Assembly (NCBI GenBank): GCA_963841735.1
Contig: CAWJDT010000001.1
Coordinates: 544,001-608,000, forward strand
Source of the DNA: an uncultured Actinomycetes bacterium
Lineage (GTDB): Bacteria > Actinomycetota > Thermoleophilia > RBG-16-64-13
Direction of reading: 5' to 3'
DNA: 64,000 bases
Made by a program: the position numbers and the translations under genes. Below, piece by piece: positions 57,092 to 64,000 of the stretch (its first letter is position 1; each line of letters starts with the position of its first letter). The notes beneath the pieces were generated by a model. The model saw nothing but the letters and a program-made list of their open reading frames with translations, had not been told where the DNA came from and ran no database searches.

Positions 57092-58195
57092 GTGGTGAGC
57101 CGCAAACCAAGTCGCAGAGAAGCACAGGGAGGCGCTCCGGCCCGCGCAGGCACGCGGCCGGCGCGGGCTGCGGCCTCCCGCCAAACGTCTGGCCGCAAAA
57201 CTCCCGGCCGCCGGGCTCTGAAACGGGTGGTGGCCGCCGGCGCAGCCGCGGCCGCGTACATGGCCTTCGAGGCGCAGTGGACCCTCTGCCGGGAGGCTGA
57301 ACTGGCGGTGCCCGGTCTGCCCGCCCCCTGGTCGGGCCTGACCGTGCTGCACCTCTCCGACGTTCACGCCGGCTCCTTCTACACCAACGAACGCAGCCTG
57401 CGCAAAGCGGTGCGCTGGGCGGTGCCGCTCACTCCAGACCTGGTGTTGCTCACCGGCGACATCCTGGGCGATTCGGAGGCCGGCCAGGCCTGTCTGGCCC
57501 TTCTGGCGGAGCTAAAGCCGCCGCTGGGCATGTTCGCCGTGACCGGCAATCACGAATATGGGTTGAGCAAGAGCCCCCTTGCCCGCGCCCGCGACACCAG
57601 CGGCCTCTGGGCGAAGGCGGGCATCACCCTACTCACCGATTCGTGCGTGACGCTCCCTGCTCGCGACGGCACCGCGCTCGTCCTATGCGGCGCCGACCAC
57701 CTTACCGGCGGATACGGACTCACCCCGCCCGGCGACCCGGAGCCTGAGGCTTCGCGTTTCTCCACCTCAGCCGCGACTGCCGCGGCCACCTCGGCCACAG
57801 CTGCGCCTTTGACCCCCTTCGGACCGCGCCCCACGCCTTCTGACGTGCGTCCGGCCCCACTCCCGGCCAACCAGCGACTCGAAACGTTCCCTATTCTGCT
57901 GGTTCACACCCCGCCCCCGTCCCACTCACCCCTGGCCGCGCACTTCCCCCTGGCCTTCGCCGGCCACACCCATGGCGGCCAGCTGCGTGTCCCCACCAGG
58001 TCGGGTCTCCAACCCCTACATCGCGACAGCGAGGAGCGTCTCACGGGGATCCACCCCTGGGGCTCCGGTCAACTGGTGATCTCGCCCGGAATCGGCACCA
58101 GCTTTCTTCCCTTCCGCCTTCTCACAAGGCCGGAGGCTACCTTGTGGAGATTGGTATACACTTCTTGTGGAGAGACAAGTCCGGCGGATCATTGA
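57092..58195 (+). CDS. Metallophosphoesterase (YkuE-like)
   Basis: HLSDVH, LTGD, TGNHE, LLVH, AGHTHGGQ and GIGT. Confidence 0.88.
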   Translation: MVSRKPSRREAQGGAPARAGTRPARAAASRQTSGRKTPGRRALKRVVAAGAAAAAYMAFEAQWTLCREAELAVPGLPAPWSGLTVLHLSDVHAGSFYTNERSLRKAVRWAVPLTPDLVLLTGDILGDSEAGQACLALLAELKPPLGMFAVTGNHEYGLSKSPLARARDTSGLWAKAGITLLTDSCVTLPARDGTALVLCGADHLTGGYGLTPPGDPEPEASRFSTSAATAAATSATAAPLTPFGPRPTPSDVRPAPLPANQRLETFPILLVHTPPPSHSPLAAHFPLAFAGHTHGGQLRVPTRSGLQPLHRDSEERLTGIHPWGSGQLVISPGIGTSFLPFRLLTRPEATLWRLVYTSCGETSPADH

Positions 58196-58215
58196 ACCCG
58201 CATCAGGGGGAATCC

Positions 58216-58635
58216 ATGATTGATACACAAGACGAACGATTCTCGGGAGACTCACCTCTCGCTCCCAGTCCCTTACCCGAATACGAGGGACCATCGGTCT
58301 CACACGACGTGATTGCCAGCTACGTCGCCGACGCGGCCCGCTCGGTACCGGGGATCACCGAACTGCACACCTCTCACTGGAGAAGCCTGCCGTCGCGCAT
58401 ACGCGAGACGAGATCGGGCGGAGTGGTTGTCAGGGACACGGAGACCGGCGGAGTAGACGTCGAGATTCACGCCCAAGTGTCTTGGGGAGCTGTTATCCCT
58501 GAGTTGGCTGCCAACGTCGAGGCGGCTGTGCGTGAACGCATGGTGGGTCTTCTGAATCTTGACCTCGACTCTGTCACGCTCTTTGTAGACGAGATCGCCG
58601 GACCGGTGGAGAACGGGGTCACCGAGGAGGGCTAG
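58216..58635 (+). CDS. Asp23/Gls24 envelope-stress protein
   Basis: VS.DVIA..ADAA..VPGI..G..IPELA..V...V....L....V..FVDEI. Confidence 0.8.
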   Translation: MIDTQDERFSGDSPLAPSPLPEYEGPSVSHDVIASYVADAARSVPGITELHTSHWRSLPSRIRETRSGGVVVRDTETGGVDVEIHAQVSWGAVIPELAANVEAAVRERMVGLLNLDLDSVTLFVDEIAGPVENGVTEEG

Positions 58636-58638
58636 AGC

Positions 58639-59337
58639 TTGTCCGGCTACCTCCCCCTCTGCGCCTTCCGGCAGGGACTCTTGTTCGAGACCTGTCGCAC
58701 ATGCGCTTGGTGGCAGACCTCAGGTGGACGGGCGCTAGGCGGGACCGCACTGGGGAAACGCCTCTCCCATGAGCAGGCAGTTGACAGTCGCCGCCGATGG
58801 ATGAGCTCGCTTGAAGACACATGGGGAACAGCGGGCCTTCTTCTGGAGAGTCGAGACCCCCTCAGCGACGGAGTTCCCGCCGCTCGTGGCTTGACAGATG
58901 GCGCCGCTGTACCGGCTATCTTTAGCTCCATCCATTTTGCCCCAACCGTTTCGGTGCCCCGCCTGCGCGACCTGCCGTTCGGCCCGTTCTCTGAGGAATC
59001 AGCGCTGGTATTCTGTCTGGCCTGCGCCGAAGGCCAGACCCGATATCAAGCCGGACGAGTACTCCACAAGGCCTTAGGCAGACTCAAAGAACGCGGCGTA
59101 GAGGAAGTGTACGCGGTCGCCGCGGTCGGTGCGGTCTACCAGCCGCTCGACGGAGACCTCTGCAGGTTCTTCCCTCCCGACTTCCTCGGGGTGAACGGCT
59201 TTGAGCCGGTGGGCGAAAATGCCGGGCTCATACTGATGCGTGTCGATCTCGGCGGGCTGCTGTCCGTACTCGGTCGAGCGAGGACGGCGCTCAAGGAGAT
59301 GCTCGGCAGCGATCCGGCCCCCAGCCCGGCCGCCTAG
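58639..59337 (+). CDS. GNAT-like hypothetical protein (resembles the actinobacterial Rv3916c family)
   Basis: CRTCAWW, W...WG.AG, FAP...PR, LKERGVEEV.A and P.DFL..NGF. Confidence 0.5.
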   Translation: MSGYLPLCAFRQGLLFETCRTCAWWQTSGGRALGGTALGKRLSHEQAVDSRRRWMSSLEDTWGTAGLLLESRDPLSDGVPAARGLTDGAAVPAIFSSIHFAPTVSVPRLRDLPFGPFSEESALVFCLACAEGQTRYQAGRVLHKALGRLKERGVEEVYAVAAVGAVYQPLDGDLCRFFPPDFLGVNGFEPVGENAGLILMRVDLGGLLSVLGRARTALKEMLGSDPAPSPAA

Positions 59338-59375
59338 ACCAGCATATGCTATAAATACCCGGTTGTTCGTAGACT

Positions 59376-59448
59376 GGGGGTATAGCTCAGTTGGGAGAGC
59401 GTCGCGTTCGCATCGCGAAGGCCAGGGGTTCGAGTCCCCTTACCTCCA
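59376..59448 (+). tRNA. tRNA-Ala, anticodon CGC
   Basis: Acceptor stem GGGGGTA/TACCTCC with G3:U70; D arm GCTC..GAGC; anticodon arm TCGCG-TTCGCAT-CGCGA; T arm AGGGG-TTCGAGT-CCCCT; followed by CCT, not CCA; upstream TGCTATAAA extended -10-like box. Confidence 0.96.
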
Positions 59449-59452
59449 CCTC

Positions 59453-59696
59453 AATCCGGGGCGTCGTCGCACACGCCGCCGGGCTCGCGCGGCTTGTCCC
59501 CCGCGACGCCGGATACCACCACGCCGAGGGCAACTCCGATGCCCTCATCAAGACCAGCCTCGTCGGCAGCCACGTGACCGTGCCCGTGGAACAGGGCCGG
59601 CTGCGCCTTGGCACGTGGCAGAGCATCTATCTGGCCGAGTTCGACGGTCCCCGCACCCGCAAAGTGTGGATCGTGCCCATCCCGGCAGGAGAGTGA
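59453..59696 (+). pseudogene. yjbQ: C-terminal half of YjbQ (UPF0047)
   Basis: LARLVP..YHHAEGNSDA.IK.SLVG..VTVPV..GRL.LGTWQSIYLAEFDGPR.R; no N-terminal half and no start codon. Confidence 0.8.
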
Positions 59697-59701
59697 CCAC
59701 T

Positions 59702-60577
59702 ATGCTGGGCGCCTTCATCGCGGAATTCGTCGACGGCTTCCTTGCCGTGCCCGAGAACAACAACATGGGCCCCGGCACCACGTCGAAAGCCTGGGATGGT
59801 TCACTTCTGGGGTTCTCCAGCGGAGCCGATGAGCTGTACCCCTTCTGGAAGGACCACATCGGAGACTTCCACTGGACGCCTGCCGAGGCCTTCACACTCG
59901 GGACAGCCGCGGATGTGAGCGCGATGCCGGCGGCGACTGTGCGTCCGGAGGAGCTGACAGTCGTCAGTTTCGCTCTCTGCCAGACCGAAGAGGCCAAGGC
60001 CGCCAACCGGGCTCAGATCAAGTTCCCGTCGGAGCAGTGGGCGCGCACCCGCATCTACGGTCAGCGACACAACGTGGCGCTACAGAAAGCCCTGGTCTCC
60101 GCCTTGATCGCCCGCGGATTCCAGGCGATCGTTCCGGCGCTGCTCCCCGAGTACGACCAACGTGAATCGCCCTCGTTCGGACAGGCTTCCACTTGGTCGG
60201 AGCGCCATGTCGCCTACACCAGCGGCCTCGGCACTTTTGGGCTCTGCGGCGGACTCATCACGCAGAGAGGCATGGCGGTACGCTTGGGCTCGGTGATAGT
60301 GTGTGCGCGCGTCCCGGCCACCCCGCGGCCGTACGCCGATCCCTTCGCCTATTGTCTTCACTACCACGGCCAGACCGGGTGCGCCGCCTGCGCGGACCGC
60401 TGCCCGGTGGGCTCGGTAGACGAAACCGGCCGCGACAAGCCCGCCTGCGCCAGGCACCTCGACCCGGCCACCCGGGAATACGTGCGGCGTGAATACGGCT
60501 TCAACGGCCACGGCTGTGGCATGTGCCAGACCGGCGTGCCCTGCGAGTCGGGTATACCCGCGGGCCTGGACTCCTGA
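59702..60577 (+). CDS. QueG-like 4Fe-4S protein (epoxyqueuosine-reductase-like family)
   Basis: WSERHVAY.SGLGTFGL..GLIT..G..VRLGS, CAACADRCP, C and GCGMCQTGVPCE. Confidence 0.78.
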   Translation: MLGAFIAEFVDGFLAVPENNNMGPGTTSKAWDGSLLGFSSGADELYPFWKDHIGDFHWTPAEAFTLGTAADVSAMPAATVRPEELTVVSFALCQTEEAKAANRAQIKFPSEQWARTRIYGQRHNVALQKALVSALIARGFQAIVPALLPEYDQRESPSFGQASTWSERHVAYTSGLGTFGLCGGLITQRGMAVRLGSVIVCARVPATPRPYADPFAYCLHYHGQTGCAACADRCPVGSVDETGRDKPACARHLDPATREYVRREYGFNGHGCGMCQTGVPCESGIPAGLDS

Positions 60578-60608
60578 CCGCCCTCGAGGGCGCCGGCCCC
60601 ACGCCCAG

Positions 60609-63038
60609 TTAGACTCCCGGGCGCTCGTCCCTGTCTATGGAAGCGTCGCCGCCTGGCTCCGTGCCGTCCACTGCGTCGCGGTAGTCGCTACCGGCATCGA
60701 CGTAGTAGCCCGAGTCAGCGCCCTCCAGGCCCATGTCCCGCCCTTGCTCGGCCGTGCCGGCGCCCATGCCGGCCCCCAGACCCCCGCTCGTTGGCGGCTC
60801 GCCGCCGAAGATGGGCGGTGATTCCAGCACCGCTTCGGCCAAGCGCCTGCGCCGCAGCCAGCGCACGAACCGCCAGGCCGTCAAGCCCAGCAGCAACGCC
60901 CAAGCCAGCACTTCGAGCACCTGCCCCACGGTGTTGGCCGCGGTGCGTCCGTAGGTGAGAACCACGTGGCTCTGCCTGGGTATGACCATCATGAACGAGG
61001 GCGAGACCAAGTAAGGCCCGTCCGCGCCCTCCACGTGCCAGTTGGGGAAGTAGGAGATCTTGATCCAATGCGGCTTTCCGATGGCCGTGGTGTCGAACTC
61101 CAGGCTTTCATTGCTGAGGAGCTCGTTGGTGACGTAACCCTCGGTCTCTATTGGCACCTCGGGTGGGCTCTCGGACTGCTCGGGGGTTATCGACGCAAAC
61201 TCCTGGAGAGCCTCCTCGCCGTTATCCCACACAAGCGCGGTGTCAAGCGCATCTTCGTTCTTGTACCACTCCACGGCCAAATCGCGCCATTCTTTCTGCT
61301 TGACGTCCAATCTAACCGGTTGGTTTTCCATCACCTGCACATACCCACTGCAGCCCGAGATGCGGAAGATGTTGTAGTCGCCAAACGTGGCCAGCAAATC
61401 CGCCCGTGGGTCAGCCAGAAGGCCCGGCATTACCTTCTCATCCGCGTCGTCATTGTAGGAGGCGAGGAAGTAGGGGATGTTCATGAACTGCAGATGGGTG
61501 ATGCCCCGGTGTATGTCCAGCCCTGGATATTTCACCCCGATGATGGCGTTGCTCGGCTGTTCAGATAGTTCCGCCTGGTTGATGAAGTGGAAGGCAGCCG
61601 TGTAGGAGGCCTCCATCAGGGTGCCTTCCATGGTGTCTTGTCTGGTCCAGTAAGGAATCAGCTCGAAGGCGCGAGAAGTGCCAAGCCTATCTATCAGTGA
61701 GGAGTCGTGCTCCGCCAGCACCCGCCCGGGAGGACTGAGCGTGTCGATGTAGTCGATGATCTCCTGATACTGGGTCCATCCCTCCCTGCTCTCATAGCCC
61801 GAGTAGTTCCAGTTGATCCAACCGGCCGCCGTGGTACTCAGCAGGCCCGCCGCGGCCACCACCACCAAAACAGTCACCGGTATGTGGATGCGCCGGCCGA
61901 TCCTGCTGGGGGCTCTAAAGAGATCCCACATCATCACCGTGAACGGGCGGACCAGCCAGGCAGCGCCGAAAGCGGCCCACAGGTGCCAAGAGATGTACCA
62001 GAAGGGCAGCAACCGCGCGTTCCATAGACGGCCGGTGGGAAGCAACTTGAAGAGAGCCAAGCTGACAACCGTCATCCAGAGGAGCGGCAACATCCTCCGC
62101 TCTCTGCGGGCCACTGCGTACGCCATGCCGATGAAGCCGAGCACGGCCACCGGCCAAAGAGCACTTGGCGCGAGATAGCTCCACCCCAGCTGACCCCAAG
62201 CCATGTGAGCCGTCCACTCCAGGTTGGAGACGAACGGCAGCCACCAGAACGCCGTCAGGCACAAGCCTCCAAGCCCCACAGCTACCAAATAGCCCAGTGA
62301 GCGCCAGCGCCAGTGCACCAGAAGAAGCCCCGGGACGATGCAAACCAGCACTATCGTGGTCACGATGTGCGAAAGCACCAGCGCCATCAGAATCAAACAG
62401 TTGAGAACAAATAACATGTTGAAACGCGGCTTCTCCATGCCCCGGTATACGGTGCCTAAGAACAAGAACACCAGCGCGAAGCTGAGCATGTACCCAAACT
62501 CTCCCGCCAGCGTGCTGAGGATGTTGCCGCCATAGATGGAATACAGCTGACCGCCGGCTGTGTGCTCCATGAGCAAGAAGACCAGCGCAAACGCGGCCGC
62601 CATGATGGCGAAAGGCTTCCGCACCCGCCACAGTCTGCCCATCGCGTACGCGGTCAACGGCAGGGCGAACACCCCGAGAACCGTAATGAGCTTGAAGGCT
62701 ATCTGATAGGGGATAAACCAGTCGAGAATGGCGATCAAGAGGAACGGGAAGGGGAAGTAGAACGTGAGCATGGGCATACCGGCATACCAGCCCGGCGCCC
62801 AGCCGGTCAGACGGAAGTTGGGCAGCAGTTCCTGGATAAGATACTGCGCGGGATAGTGGTGAGCCCCCATGTCACCACCAGCCGTGGTGGTTAGGCTAAA
62901 GAGGAGATTGTCCCCAAACGGCCACCGCCCAAAGAAGAGCCAGAGGACCGCGTAGATGAAGAAGAAGGCAAGCGCCGTGGGCAACCAGTCCCAGAGGCTC
63001 CTTCCGCCCTTGTCTAGCGGTTCTTCTTGCTCTTCCAA
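60609..63038 (-). CDS. Multi-pass membrane protein, PTPS-related/YfhO-like (probable GT-C glycosyltransferase)
   Basis: GGDMGAH, GWAPGWYAGMP..FYFP, GGNILSTLAGEF, about 12 TM helices, extracellular domain with SYFPNW and final TM. Confidence 0.72.
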   Translation of the reverse strand: MEEQEEPLDKGGRSLWDWLPTALAFFFIYAVLWLFFGRWPFGDNLLFSLTTTAGGDMGAHHYPAQYLIQELLPNFRLTGWAPGWYAGMPMLTFYFPFPFLLIAILDWFIPYQIAFKLITVLGVFALPLTAYAMGRLWRVRKPFAIMAAAFALVFLLMEHTAGGQLYSIYGGNILSTLAGEFGYMLSFALVFLFLGTVYRGMEKPRFNMLFVLNCLILMALVLSHIVTTIVLVCIVPGLLLVHWRWRSLGYLVAVGLGGLCLTAFWWLPFVSNLEWTAHMAWGQLGWSYLAPSALWPVAVLGFIGMAYAVARRERRMLPLLWMTVVSLALFKLLPTGRLWNARLLPFWYISWHLWAAFGAAWLVRPFTVMMWDLFRAPSRIGRRIHIPVTVLVVVAAAGLLSTTAAGWINWNYSGYESREGWTQYQEIIDYIDTLSPPGRVLAEHDSSLIDRLGTSRAFELIPYWTRQDTMEGTLMEASYTAAFHFINQAELSEQPSNAIIGVKYPGLDIHRGITHLQFMNIPYFLASYNDDADEKVMPGLLADPRADLLATFGDYNIFRISGCSGYVQVMENQPVRLDVKQKEWRDLAVEWYKNEDALDTALVWDNGEEALQEFASITPEQSESPPEVPIETEGYVTNELLSNESLEFDTTAIGKPHWIKISYFPNWHVEGADGPYLVSPSFMMVIPRQSHVVLTYGRTAANTVGQVLEVLAWALLLGLTAWRFVRWLRRRRLAEAVLESPPIFGGEPPTSGGLGAGMGAGTAEQGRDMGLEGADSGYYVDAGSDYRDAVDGTEPGGDASIDRDERPGV

Positions 63039-63045
63039 GTCCCGA

Positions 63046-63915
63046 TCAGGATCCAGGGCTCCCCTCCCTCCACAGTGCCATCCGCAGCCGCAACAGTCCT
63101 CGTATTGTACGCGGTATGCGACGCACTATGGAAGAACGCGCCTTCCTCTTTTCCTCCACCATCACAGGCAGAGCCTTGACCCGCACCCCTCCGCGCCGGG
63201 CGCGGATGATGAGTTCGGTGTCAAACAGATCGGTGGTCATAATGGTTTGGGGAGCGAAGCGGGCCACCACCTCCCGCTTGAGCACTTTCATGCCGTGGGT
63301 GTCGTCCATGCGCCGGTCGAACAGCACGCGCAGGATGGTGGTAAAACCCTGCGAGATGAGGTGCCGCACTGGAGAGCGCCGGTCGTCGGCACCTTCGACC
63401 AGCTTGCTGCCAACCACGATGCCGGGCGCGTCGGAAACCGCCGGGGCGTTGGCAGCCGGGACGCCGGCGGCCGGCACTGCGCCGGGTCCGCCGGCCGCGG
63501 GGCCGGCGCTGTCGGCGAGGCACTCGCCGGCCTTCACCAGAAAGTCCACGTCGTAGTAGTCGATGTCGAAGTTGACAATCAGATCGCCCCGTCCGGCCAG
63601 CATGCCCGCCTTCATGGCCGCGCCGTAGTCGGGTGCCGGTAGGCGCAGGGCCTGCACGCGCGCGTTTTCCGCCGACAGTCTCTCTGCGATGGCGCCGGTT
63701 TCGTCGCGACTGCCGTTCTCGGCCAGTATCAACTCGTAGTCGACCCCTTGAGCTTCCAACCCGCCCACCAGAGTGGAGACCTCGGCGGCCAGGCACTCAG
63801 CTTCGTTGTGGATGGGGATGACTATCGAGAAGCGCGGGGGCGCCTCCGCAGGCGGAACGCCCGGAGGCGCCCCGGCAGTGTCGTTTCTTCCCAATGGGTC
63901 AGGCATCGTTACCAT
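63046..63915 (-). CDS. Glycosyltransferase family 2 (polyprenol-phosphate sugar synthase-like)
   Basis: SIVIPIHNE, ENGSRDET, DID, GSK, DT.G.K and DTEL. Confidence 0.87.
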   Translation of the reverse strand: MVTMPDPLGRNDTAGAPPGVPPAEAPPRFSIVIPIHNEAECLAAEVSTLVGGLEAQGVDYELILAENGSRDETGAIAERLSAENARVQALRLPAPDYGAAMKAGMLAGRGDLIVNFDIDYYDVDFLVKAGECLADSAGPAAGGPGAVPAAGVPAANAPAVSDAPGIVVGSKLVEGADDRRSPVRHLISQGFTTILRVLFDRRMDDTHGMKVLKREVVARFAPQTIMTTDLFDTELIIRARRGGVRVKALPVMVEEKRKARSSIVRRIPRTIRGLLRLRMALWREGSPGS

Positions 63916-64000
63916 CCTTGACCGGCTCTCCGCCGGCCGCGATCGGGGCCCCGGCGTCGGCGGCCTTGCCCTTCACAGCGGTGTGCCTAAAGGCGAAATA
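63899..64000 (-). CDS. 3' end of a gene cut by the window edge, possibly GtrA family
   Basis: Own translation: YFAFRHTAVKGKAADAGAPIAAGGEPVKDGNDA*; YFAFR resembles GtrA C-termini; overlaps the GT2 start. Confidence 0.4.
   Translation of the reverse strand, partial: YFAFRHTAVKGKAADAGAPIAAGGEPVKDGNDA

Noticed and set aside
59240-59701. N-terminal extension of ORF 59240..60577
   Set aside because: It runs through the tRNA and the yjbQ remnant; the likely start is ATG 59702 after a GGAG.
59702-60577. Reductive dehalogenase
   Set aside because: It shares Fe-S motifs but is short, with no Tat signal and no rdhB-like anchor gene; QueG-like is the safer call.
60579-60592. Terminator CGCCCTCGAGGGCG between convergent genes
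   Set aside because: Short palindrome with no U-tract; too weak to support.
1-64000. Many long antisense or alternative-frame ORFs (e.g. 2553-3746, 37625-38953, 44244-45977, 51646-52779)
   Set aside because: They shadow well-supported genes and are Arg/Gly/Pro-rich with no motifs, as expected at high GC.

Overview
High-GC window, probably from a monoderm Actinomycetota-like organism (inferred from the PHP-type CpsB phosphatase, Asp23 protein, LPxTG-like sorting signal and Rv3916c-like GNAT). Positions 1 to about 54,100 are one very large Wzx/Wzy-type surface-polysaccharide locus. It holds two priming sugar transferases, a WbpA/B/E/D/I-like diacetamido-uronic acid pathway, dTDP-rhamnose and GDP-mannose genes, two amidotransferases, acyltransferases, GT4 enzymes, a flippase, a Wzy-like polymerase, and a tyrosine kinase and phosphatase. 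A visibly lower-GC block at about 14.8-30.6 kb carries unusual modification genes: a TMP-kinase-like protein with a phosphodiesterase, and a methyltransferase with an APH-like kinase. Seven toxin-antitoxin pairs and two TA remnants lie between the glycan genes. Several show insertion scars, including a duplicated wecB 3' end and a shared CCAAAGTC-containing motif. The best candidate for a new system is an O-antigen-ligase-like gene followed by a separately transcribed small secreted protein with an FPMTG sortase-like tail, then the priming transferase and kinase. No LCP ligase is visible in the window, so the glycan may be attached to a wall-anchored carrier protein (hypothesis). The right end holds housekeeping-type genes, tRNA-Ala(CGC) abutting a truncated yjbQ, and a GtrA/GT2/GT-C-like trio. 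Many genes at 1-14.8 kb and 30.6-36.8 kb carry single-base frameshifts that look like long-read consensus errors. All product calls come from motif recognition, not database searches.
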